DNA of 8,789 nucleotides from a virus (Duplodnaviria; Heunggongvirae; Uroviricota; Caudoviricetes): IMG/VR virus record IMGVR_UViG_2778261162_000002, positions 1 to 8,789 of that record; one strand, 5' to 3'. Shown piece by piece: positions 1 to 6,427 of this stretch (position 1 is its first letter; each line of letters starts with the position of its first letter). The notes under the pieces were generated by a model. It saw only the letters and a program-made list of their open reading frames with translations, ran no database searches and was not told where the DNA came from. The position numbers and the translations under genes were made by a program.

Positions 1-392
1 GAAGGCCATGGAACAGGCACACCAACAGGTAATGCAGAGCCTTCTCCCAAACCAAGGTTTTCGAGAGCCGTTTTCACCGCGCCATCCGATTTGATATCAC
101 CAAACGGATTCTTGCGGCTCAGGTATTCAACAGCAAACCCCGATCCCAGCAATTCAACAAAACCGGGCAGATCACCATTATCAAGCACATCCCGTTGCGT
201 TTTGTCACTTACAAACTGGGCCAGAGCTGCAGCAATAAAGCTGGCCTGCCGAATAACCTTATTGACTTGCGCACTGGATGCTTTCCCTGCTGTAAATCCG
301 GATAAAAGCGCAGGCAACGCTTCCCATTCCTCCTGCGACATAACATTGGCATTTTTACCCGTTGCGAATGCTTTAAAGTCATTTTTTGCCAT
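1..392 (-). CDS. Side tail fibre protein, N-terminal ~130 aa only (gene continues past the window start)
   Basis: Not in the ORF track because no stop lies in the window. ATG at 392-390 overlaps the TGA of the upstream gene (minus strand reads TGATG). My hand translation is stop-free to position 1: [45 protein letters not shown] ... [38 protein letters not shown]. From memory this resembles the conserved N-terminal baseplate-attachment region of enterobacterial lambdoid side tail fibres (Stf family), and a fibre is expected after a gpI-like gene. Confidence 0.7.
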   Translation of the reverse strand, partial: MAKNDFKAFATGKNANVMSQEEWEALPALLSGFTAGKASSAQVNKVIRQASFIAAALAQFVSDKTQRDVLDNGDLPGFVELLGSGFAVEYLSRKNPFGDIKSDGAVKTALENLGLGEGSALPVGVPVPWP

Positions 393-1072
393 CAGAGTAA
401 TACTCCCCATGCCCCTACATCAAAACCACTGATGAATTCGTTATCCATATCAAAACCAAAAAATTTTGAACCTTCCGATGGGGTTTCCACCGAAGGTGTT
501 TCAATGCTACCCGCCCACACCCCGGCGGCTTTTACTGTGAGATATCCCTGTTTAATTGCAGCAATTAACTCACGCGATACATCTGAAATATCAGTATCAG
601 GAAAGAGCCAGACCGATATCGTCATGTCCTGGTTATCGACTATCTGCATTCGCAGTCCGGATCCTGCTGTCGCCGCGTCAAGAATTGCTGGAAGCGAATC
701 ATTCCGTCCGTCCCAGTTATTAATCGCAATCTTCGCTTTAAGGATGACACGATAAGTTTCATCGCTGAGGTACATGTATCCGGAATCAGGATCGTATGGC
801 CCCTGCCATACACCCTGATCATATCCAAGCCCGTCGGTATCCCAGCTGAAATAGACACCTGAGATAGGCTGGCTGACAACACGGCTACGTCCGATCCAGA
901 GCCCGAGGGTATCAAGCTGGACGCCTACCGCCGTATCAATGTCAAAAGCGCTAACCAGCCCCCGGGTGGCTGATGTGATGTCAATCAGCGGCCGGGTGCT
1001 CAGGTCTATGTGATCAAAGTATTTCGGTCTGGTGGCGTGGTAGTTGGTGATTAAATCTGTGTACTTGCTCAT
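392..1072 (-). CDS. Phage tail/baseplate protein, gpI-like (DUF2313 / YmfQ-like), 226 aa
   Basis: Complete ORF in the track. Its ATG overlaps the stop of the J-like gene (ATGA, plus 1069-1072) and its stop overlaps the fibre start. Size and position between baseplate J and the tail fibre match P2 gpI / Mu gp48-type proteins. Family assignment is by position and general resemblance, not a search. Confidence 0.7.
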   Translation of the reverse strand: MSKYTDLITNYHATRPKYFDHIDLSTRPLIDITSATRGLVSAFDIDTAVGVQLDTLGLWIGRSRVVSQPISGVYFSWDTDGLGYDQGVWQGPYDPDSGYMYLSDETYRVILKAKIAINNWDGRNDSLPAILDAATAGSGLRMQIVDNQDMTISVWLFPDTDISDVSRELIAAIKQGYLTVKAAGVWAGSIETPSVETPSEGSKFFGFDMDNEFISGFDVGAWGVLL

Positions 1073-2268
1073 GACGTCACCGTTAGAACAATATTTTCCG
1101 CCTTACAGGACGCTGATTCGTTGTAGGCGATATTGATATTCGCCGCCGCTACCGTTCCGGCAGATTTGCCAATCAGCAGCTCCTGAATGTCGTAATAGCG
1201 TGCACTGCCACCACTCACCACGCCGAGGTTCGCCGGGGAGTAAATGCGGCTCAGCAGAACAGAATCACCGATCGTCAGCCCGTTGATGTAATCCGCGACG
1301 GCCTGCTGAATCTGTACGCCAATTTGCGACGTGTAGCCCGTAAAGGCTTTCAGTGTGATATGACCGTAAATCGTTACATCAGTCGAACGCGAAAAACTGA
1401 TCACGTGTGGATTGCCGTAGGTGTCCGGTACCGTGACAGAAGTAGTACCGTAGGTCGCCGTTCCCTGCCCTTTATTCCCCCTGATGGTCTGGGCTATTTC
1501 GGTAACATCTCCACCATCGACGATGGCGGAAATTGAGTGTGGCGGCAGCCCGTTGCTGTCGGTTGCTCCAGTGTCGTTCTCATACAGCTTGTGACGTGTC
1601 ACGCCAGCAACATTAGCAATTGCGCCGTCGACGCCTTCAAACGGTGTGATCGATGGTAGCGCGACGCTTTGCCCCTGCCGAATGCGCAGTTCGGCGTCGG
1701 TTTCGGCTGGTGAACCGACAGTAGCCGCAGCCGGGTTGGTTACCGACACCCAGCCGCGAGTCGGTGTGTTAATGGTGGTGATAGTCCCGGCCATCGCCGC
1801 AACCGAACCGCTATTCGCACATGTGGCCGTCACCAGCACAGTACCATCAACGCCGATCGCTACACTCGCGGGAAAATTCCAGATAATGCCGTTTTTATCC
1901 CGTGCGGAGCCATTCGTGATAGTCGTGCCCGCCGTACCGGTTAACAGAAGGTCAGCAGTAGAGTTTGTCGCTACTTTTCGCGTGATCCCGTTAATTTTCA
2001 CATTACTGCTAAGCGCTGCGGCCTGCGCTGTCGTTGGTGAAAACGAGTTGTAGATCTCGATAGCGGTATTGTTAGCGTCATGCACGGCAAGAGCTACCAG
2101 CGCGACCATTTGCCCATCTTTGCTGTCTGGTTCGAGGTAGGCATCACTACCGTAAATCTGCCTGAAATAGCTGGTCAGTGTATCGAGGATTGTCTGGTAA
2201 TCAGGCGCACTAATCCCCTGGGCGGTTACCGTTGCCGATAGCCCCAGCGTGTCGAGGTTCAAAGCCAT
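1069..2268 (-). CDS. Baseplate J-like protein (P2 gpJ / Mu gp47 / T4 gp6 family), 399 aa
   Basis: Complete 399-aa ORF. Start ATG 2268-2266 directly abuts the TAA (2271-2269) of the upstream gene. Typical size and Gly/Thr/Ala-rich composition for this family, and position between wedge protein and gpI-like gene. Confidence 0.8.
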   Translation of the reverse strand: MALNLDTLGLSATVTAQGISAPDYQTILDTLTSYFRQIYGSDAYLEPDSKDGQMVALVALAVHDANNTAIEIYNSFSPTTAQAAALSSNVKINGITRKVATNSTADLLLTGTAGTTITNGSARDKNGIIWNFPASVAIGVDGTVLVTATCANSGSVAAMAGTITTINTPTRGWVSVTNPAAATVGSPAETDAELRIRQGQSVALPSITPFEGVDGAIANVAGVTRHKLYENDTGATDSNGLPPHSISAIVDGGDVTEIAQTIRGNKGQGTATYGTTSVTVPDTYGNPHVISFSRSTDVTIYGHITLKAFTGYTSQIGVQIQQAVADYINGLTIGDSVLLSRIYSPANLGVVSGGSARYYDIQELLIGKSAGTVAAANINIAYNESASCKAENIVLTVTS

Positions 2269-2622
2269 TTATGCCTCGCTTGTTACAGTCGTCTGGCCGT
2301 AGATTGTGTCAATGGAGGAAGTGAAAGTGACGCGGCGGCTGGTGCCGTCATAATTGGTATCGAAGGAAAGCATCGACAGAACGCCCGGCGTGTCCTGAAT
2401 GCGTTCGCGTATAGCCAGGATGTAGACGTCTGATCGCTGTTTCCCAAGCACTGACTGAACATACGGCGTGCCTTCCGTCAGATCGAGAAACCACTGACCG
2501 CGCCACAGCTCGAAACGGGTTTTTACGGCCTGGGCGACACATTCCGGACTGTCGATAAGGAAGGTGTCGTCACCTTGCCCGAAAGTGTAATCGCCGTCAG
2601 CATCTTCGCGACGGTATCGCAT
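2269..2622 (-). CDS. Small baseplate wedge protein (gpW/gp25-like or DUF2634-like), 117 aa
   Basis: Complete ORF, ATG at 2622-2620, 3 nt after the spike gene TAA (2628-2626). Conserved position between spike and baseplate J. I cannot distinguish gp25-like from DUF2634-like without a profile search. Confidence 0.65.
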   Translation of the reverse strand: MRYRREDADGDYTFGQGDDTFLIDSPECVAQAVKTRFELWRGQWFLDLTEGTPYVQSVLGKQRSDVYILAIRERIQDTPGVLSMLSFDTNYDGTSRRVTFTSSIDTIYGQTTVTSEA

Positions 2623-2625
2623 AGA

Positions 2626-3264
2626 TTAACCTCCCAGCGGCTTAGTATTGCTTCCGCCGCTCTCAACGCCGCCATGGGTATGCTTATCCACGATAGAACC
2701 GTCCACCAGCTGCAAGCGACCGTCTGGCAGGATTTTTAGCCCGTTAAGGTTGAATCCGCCCGGTGCAGTGCAATTTATTGCCCCACTGGATGGGTTAAGG
2801 CTTAACTTTGTGCCGCCGTCATCGCTGCGCAGCTCTACCGAACTGCTACTGATACCGCTGATTCTCTGTGCTTGCGACTGCGGGCCAACGATGGCGAACG
2901 CATCAGACAAGTCATGCTGACGCGGGTCGACGGTCTCCTGAACGCCGCCGCTTTGCCACCAGAAATCGATGCAACGGTCGGCAAATATCAGCAGGCACTC
3001 GTCGCCTTCTTTTACCGGAAAGGTCAGGGTGCAACCGCCGCCGCGCGGAAAGATAACCGGTACATCCACCAGCGGTTTTAATTCGGTGGAGCCGTCGCCA
3101 ACAATACCGCGAAGCGCCACATCTACTGTGCAGGTTACAGCGTCAGGATCGAACGACTGAATGATGCCTGGCATCGCCACGCGCATCTGGGTAGACACCG
3201 AATCGGCAATGGCCTGCGCGGTCTGCTGCTCTCCGCCGATCTGTGATTGAGTTGGAATTGGCAT
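2626..3264 (-). CDS. Baseplate central spike, P2 gpV / Mu gp45-like, 212 aa
   Basis: The N-terminal region (PGIIQSFDP...TVDV...PLVDVPVIFPRGGGCTLTFPVKEGDECLLIFADRCIDFWW) has the OB-fold signature I associate with gpV/gp45/gp138 N-domains. The C-terminus is Gly/Ser-rich and contains HTH (VDKHTHGGVESGG), resembling the HxH iron-binding apex of P2 gpV-type spikes. RBS-like GGGG lies 5 nt upstream of the ATG at 3264. Confidence 0.8.
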   Translation of the reverse strand: MPIPTQSQIGGEQQTAQAIADSVSTQMRVAMPGIIQSFDPDAVTCTVDVALRGIVGDGSTELKPLVDVPVIFPRGGGCTLTFPVKEGDECLLIFADRCIDFWWQSGGVQETVDPRQHDLSDAFAIVGPQSQAQRISGISSSSVELRSDDGGTKLSLNPSSGAINCTAPGGFNLNGLKILPDGRLQLVDGSIVDKHTHGGVESGGSNTKPLGG

Positions 3265-3275
3265 AAAAACCCCAT

Positions 3276-3297
3276 AAAAAAACCCGCCGAAGCGGGT
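3276..3297 (-). terminator. Rho-independent terminator, minus-strand orientation, at the 3' end of the accessory cassette
   Basis: Plus strand 3276-3297 is aaaaaaa-cccgc-cgaa-gcggg-t. On the minus strand this is a 5-6 bp GC stem with a cgaa-type tetraloop followed by seven T. It sits 12 nt upstream of the spike gene start codon. Confidence 0.6.
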
Positions 3298-3308
3298 CAG
3301 ATTTGATG

Positions 3309-3521
3309 TTACTTTCTTTTAACATTAACAGGGCGATTACCACCAAAGCTTTCAAATACTACCTTTCCAGGCGGAACTGTTAAAGATGAGTCGTATCCTT
3401 CCCTTTCAACCGAGTTACCTGGTAATTCTTTGTGAGAATAACAATCTCCATCATGTGATTTCTTTTCTCTAATGAACCCAAGGTTATCTTTAGGTGCATG
3501 GACTGGCTTTTTAGTACTCAT
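3309..3521 (-). CDS. Hypothetical small basic protein, 70 aa (accessory cassette gene 3)
   Basis: ATG at 3521-3519 preceded by a strong RBS (minus strand TAAGGTGAAATATG), with the TAA of the preceding membrane-protein gene embedded in the RBS. Lys/Arg-rich, no hydrophobic segment, no motif I recognise. AT-rich codon usage unlike the tail genes. Confidence 0.5.
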   Translation of the reverse strand: MSTKKPVHAPKDNLGFIREKKSHDGDCYSHKELPGNSVEREGYDSSLTVPPGKVVFESFGGNRPVNVKRK

Positions 3522-3529
3522 ATTTCACC

Positions 3530-4087
3530 TTATGTAAATCTTATTAATAAAAAACTTATCAGGAAGATAATGAAGGACCAAGCCCCAAAAAGCATTGCTT
3601 CGGAACCTTTCTGTATTACGGCTACTTTTTCTTTGTGAACTTCATCAAGTTTATCAATGAAGTCAGTGTAACTACTTGCAAATGAACTCATTGAGTTTTG
3701 TCGCGGGTTACCCATAAAAAAGTCGATAATACTTGCATCGGTTGCCGGTCTCATACCTTCACGAGGTTGCATTGCACTAAAAACAAATCCCCATGAAATA
3801 AGAAAAAAGACAAAAAACAGAGCCAGTGACAACCAGCATAGAACCCTTGGGGGAGTAATTTCTGATACAAAAATATAGCTATCCCAATAGCGAACTATCA
3901 ACATAGAAATAGTAAGTATGACGTTGATTGAACCGAAAATTTTAGTCGCTTTATCCTCTAACCTACGTAACGATGTTAGTGCAAACTCATATTGTTTTTG
4001 TTGATAATCAAAAACAAATTTCGCCCGCTCAATCCATTCTTTCTGATCGTCGGTAGGGGCTACAGATTTAGGGTTACCTGTGCTCAA
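3530..4087 (-). CDS. Hypothetical integral membrane protein, 185 aa, three predicted TM helices (accessory cassette gene 2)
   Basis: The ORF begins at TTG (4087-4085), preceded by AAGAGAG about 7 nt upstream, with no in-frame ATG until about codon 62. The TTG overlaps the TGA of the upstream secreted-protein gene (minus strand TTGA). Hydrophobic segments at about residues 49-65 (IFGSINVILTISMLIV), 82-103 (VLCWLSLALFFVFFLISWGFVF) and 164-182 (AMLFGAWSFIIFLISFLLI), with a charged N-terminal region and a central ~55-aa loop. Markedly AT-rich. Confidence 0.6.
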   Translation of the reverse strand: MSTGNPKSVAPTDDQKEWIERAKFVFDYQQKQYEFALTSLRRLEDKATKIFGSINVILTISMLIVRYWDSYIFVSEITPPRVLCWLSLALFFVFFLISWGFVFSAMQPREGMRPATDASIIDFFMGNPRQNSMSSFASSYTDFIDKLDEVHKEKVAVIQKGSEAMLFGAWSFIIFLISFLLIRFT

Positions 4088-4449
4088 TTAGAAACTCTCT
4101 TACAGTCATAAGTCGCATACTGACGCGGCGCGTCCATACTGGCTTGCAACCACTGGGCGTTGAGAATGGCTTTACCGTTACGCTTGATGTATTCCAGCCC
4201 TACCCAACGGCCGGGCTGGTTGGTTGCAACCGTCCATTCCATCTTCAGATTTTGATAATCTTCCTTTTCTTTCAGAAAGGTCATTTTCTGGTTTTCAGGC
4301 TTTGCACCGTTAATGTGCATCAAACCATCGTTCCCTGCGGTCAGACGAAAAGGCCCACACTGAGTGTCCGCTAAAGCAGACGAAGCACCAACAAAAGCTA
4401 AAGCTAAAGCTAAAGCTACGCCGCAAATAACATTGCTGATTTTTGTCAT
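4084..4449 (-). CDS. Hypothetical secreted/periplasmic protein with N-terminal signal peptide, 121 aa (accessory cassette gene 1)
   Basis: I place the start at ATG 4449-4447, one nt after the hub gene TAA (4453-4451), with AGGT 5 nt upstream, rather than at the track's upstream TTG at 4509, which would overlap the hub gene. The N-terminus MTKISNVICGVALALALAFVGASSALA|DTQ is a classic signal peptidase I signal (K n-region, Ala/Leu h-region, ALA cleavage motif) with no lipobox. The mature ~94-aa protein has two Cys (C31, C116) placed to form a disulfide. Confidence 0.65.
   Translation of the reverse strand: MTKISNVICGVALALALAFVGASSALADTQCGPFRLTAGNDGLMHINGAKPENQKMTFLKEKEDYQNLKMEWTVATNQPGRWVGLEYIKRNGKAILNAQWLQASMDAPRQYATYDCKRVSN
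4394..4417. repeat. Perfect hexanucleotide tandem repeat (aaagct)x4 inside the signal-peptide coding region
   Basis: Plus 4394-4417 is aaagct aaagct aaagct aaagct, encoding the ALALALA core of the signal peptide h-region on the minus strand. Confidence 0.6.
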
Positions 4450-4450
4450 G

Positions 4451-5515
4451 TTATACCTGTACTTTTTGAAGCGTCGACTGGCTATAAAGTTCACGAGACC
4501 CACGCGCAAAACACATTAAATCCATGTACCACGTCTGGCCTCTGGTGTCGCCAGTATAGTCGATAGCTTTGACGATATAAATGCCATCTGTCGCAATGCT
4601 GGCTGCCTGTGACGTCGTGCCGGTCAGCACGCGGTTGCCGTTCTCTTCTGTTTCGGTGATACTCCCGGGCGACTGAGCGATTTCGCTATTGCCAAGCGCG
4701 GCGCGGTAAACTGAAGCCTGATCGAGCTGGATAAGACCATTAATGCGGATGTTCGGGTTTATCAGGCACCGCACGTTTACGCCGCCGCCCATCGTCTGCT
4801 GCGGCATACCGATCAGGCCAGTATCGGCATTTAATACAATGGCTTCGTGAATATACTTATCCTCCGGCACCATCTGGACCTGTCCATCCACCAGCTGCCA
4901 TGTCGCTTTGCACTGCGCAGCAATATTATCCATCACGTTGCGGCTGGATGAGTAAATCGCGCGGCCACGAGGAAACACGGTATCAGGAAAATCGCCGGTA
5001 ATGCCCTGTGTCACGCCGAACGCGTTGAAATCCTGCATCGTCGCCCGGTGCAGATCCGCAACGGTATAGCCAGCGGCAAGCGTAGTGATGGTAGTCGCGT
5101 AGAGGAACGCTTCGTGATCTCCAATAGCCTGAATCAACACCCAGGAATCGGTAATGTTGTCCTTCCCGGTTACGGTAAAGCGAATATCACCGTCAAAAAT
5201 CAGGCCGTAGTTCTGACCGTTCACCTGCCCTATCTGGTCTGGTGAAATCTCTCGGGCGACGCCAACCTGGCTAGCATCAACATCCGGCGCTATACCGTCA
5301 TACCCGGCAATGATGCGAATTTTGGCAAACTCCTGCCCCAGTATCTTGTTCGTGGTATCGGTCGAAAGGTTGTAAATTTTCACGTTCGCCACGCGCGGCC
5401 AGCGTGTGTCTGCCCACTCGATCTGGAACGTGACCTTAAAGTCAGACAGGGAAACGCCCTGCCCGTTCTGGTCCAACAGTTGCAGCTCAAAATGGCGCAT
5501 CCAGTTAAGAGACAT
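4451..5515 (-). CDS. Baseplate hub-like protein (gpD / Mu gp44 / gp27-like by position), 354 aa
   Basis: Complete ORF, ATG 5515-5513, 2 nt after the TAG of the upstream gene. Size and location (after the tape measure and small tail proteins, before the spike) match hub proteins. Functional call is positional; no diagnostic motif recognised. Confidence 0.65.
   Translation of the reverse strand: MSLNWMRHFELQLLDQNGQGVSLSDFKVTFQIEWADTRWPRVANVKIYNLSTDTTNKILGQEFAKIRIIAGYDGIAPDVDASQVGVAREISPDQIGQVNGQNYGLIFDGDIRFTVTGKDNITDSWVLIQAIGDHEAFLYATTITTLAAGYTVADLHRATMQDFNAFGVTQGITGDFPDTVFPRGRAIYSSSRNVMDNIAAQCKATWQLVDGQVQMVPEDKYIHEAIVLNADTGLIGMPQQTMGGGVNVRCLINPNIRINGLIQLDQASVYRAALGNSEIAQSPGSITETEENGNRVLTGTTSQAASIATDGIYIVKAIDYTGDTRGQTWYMDLMCFARGSRELYSQSTLQKVQV
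4481..4509 (-). promoter_or_regulatory. Candidate sigma70-type promoter for the accessory cassette, inside the 3' end of the hub gene
   Basis: Minus strand reads TTGCGC (plus 4504-4509), a 17-nt spacer, then TATAGC (plus 4481-4486), about 30 nt upstream of the secreted-protein ATG. Both hexamers are imperfect matches to consensus; this is a weak, by-eye call. Confidence 0.2.
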
Positions 5516-5517
5516 TT

Positions 5518-5823
5518 CTACTCCTGTACGAAAATGAGGTGGCTGTATGTGCCGAGGTTGGTTTTGGTGGGTTCGTCTGGTGCCCCCTTATCGGTCGCCA
5601 CCACCAGCGCACCATCAATGCCAAGCTGTGGATATTGTCGTAAAAGGTTCACGCCGGTCAGTAGAGGTACGCCAGAGAGAAGCGCGGCACCGCCGCTATC
5701 CATCACGTCCATAATCCAGCCTGCCGCATCACGCCAGATGATCCTGAGCGTGTACGTGGTATTGCCCAGCAAAACGCGGAACTGCTGATTGTCAGGAGAA
5801 AGCGGTATTTCGTTAAACTGCAT
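5518..5823 (-). CDS. Small phage tail protein of unknown role, 101 aa
   Basis: Complete ORF tightly packed between the 200-aa and hub genes (ATG 5823-5821 one nt after the upstream TAA 5827-5825). No LysM or other recognisable motif. Confidence 0.6.
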   Translation of the reverse strand: MQFNEIPLSPDNQQFRVLLGNTTYTLRIIWRDAAGWIMDVMDSGGAALLSGVPLLTGVNLLRQYPQLGIDGALVVATDKGAPDEPTKTNLGTYSHLIFVQE

Positions 5824-5824
5824 A

Positions 5825-6427
5825 TTATCCCCCGAATGCTGATGTAATGCTTCCGCCCAGCTGGCTCAGCAAGGATTCGTTTGGCGGTGTAGTGGATTTC
5901 GTCCCGGAATTCTGCACTGCCGATGTGCTGACGCCATCCTGCATATCTGATTTATCTGCAACGCTAACGCTCTGCGTCTGCGACATGATCACTTCACGCA
6001 GGGTAAGCGTGCAGTTCAGCACGTTCTCGCTGGTTTTATCCGTTGTCACCTCGATGGCTCGCACCAGCATATTGCTGTAAACCCGCTTTCCGGTCATTAC
6101 ATCGAACGGCAACCGAGAGGACTGGAGATCCAGCAGTTGCTGATAGGTCTCTTTCGGGCTAAGTCCGGCGCTGAGGCCGATTGACGATGTATCAATGAAG
6201 TCCAGCAACGAACCGCCACCAGCGAAGCCGCATTCCATTGTGACTTCACTGGGGCGCTTGTACGCATGATCGGCGATGAAACCCGAGGCACTATTCGTTG
6301 TTGGCTTCTCCACCGGGTGCTCAGTAATTTCGAGCGCATCAGAATGCTTTTCAGAAACAACCACGCTGGGGATTAATATTCCAATTCGCCGGGATTGCTG
6401 GCGAAAAATCGCTGATAAAATATCCAT
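5825..6427 (-). CDS. Phage tail protein immediately downstream of the tape measure gene (possible tube-initiator/distal-tail protein), 200 aa
   Basis: Complete ORF whose ATG (6427-6425) overlaps the tape measure TAA (6429-6427), minus strand TAATG. Position matches gpU / distal tail protein equivalents; the sequence itself is not diagnostic to me. Confidence 0.65.
   Translation of the reverse strand: MDILSAIFRQQSRRIGILIPSVVVSEKHSDALEITEHPVEKPTTNSASGFIADHAYKRPSEVTMECGFAGGGSLLDFIDTSSIGLSAGLSPKETYQQLLDLQSSRLPFDVMTGKRVYSNMLVRAIEVTTDKTSENVLNCTLTLREVIMSQTQSVSVADKSDMQDGVSTSAVQNSGTKSTTPPNESLLSQLGGSITSAFGG

Larger units (their letters stand above)
3265..4450 (-). other. AT-rich accessory (moron-like) cassette inserted between the hub and spike genes: secreted protein, membrane protein, small basic protein, terminator
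   Basis: Base composition shifts by eye from GC-rich tail genes to AT-rich between about 3300 and 4100 (runs such as ttaataaaaaac and aaaaaagacaaaaaacag). Three translationally coupled genes with no structural-protein signature, ending in an intrinsic terminator. Confidence 0.6.

Noticed and set aside
91-432. Plus-strand ORF of 113 aa
   Set aside because: It lies antisense to the stop-free minus-strand tail fibre reading frame, which has a recognisable N-terminus. Pro/Ser/Arg-rich composition is typical of a spurious antisense ORF in GC-rich coding DNA.
3306-3325. AT-rich inverted repeat atgtta-N8-taacat around the stop codon of the 70-aa gene
   Set aside because: A 6-bp all-AT/GT stem is too weak to be a credible structure, and a real terminator lies just downstream.
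3143-3355. Minus-strand 70-aa ORF spanning the terminator and the spike gene start
   Set aside because: It overlaps the intrinsic terminator hairpin and the 5' end of the spike gene in another frame, and has no RBS. Most likely a chance ORF.
4084-4449. Assigning the secreted protein to a lysozyme-inhibitor (MliC/PliC-like) or lipoprotein (Cor-like) family
   Set aside because: There is no lipobox, and the family motifs could not be matched convincingly by eye. Only a loose resemblance in size and terminal Cys placement remains, so it is left as unassigned.
4450-4509. N-terminal extension (MRVGLVNFIASRRFKKYRYN) of the secreted-protein ORF as given in the track
   Set aside because: The track start is a TTG at 4509 that would overlap 59 nt of the hub gene and bury the signal peptide internally. 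The ATG at 4449, with an RBS and an N-terminal signal peptide, is the more parsimonious start.
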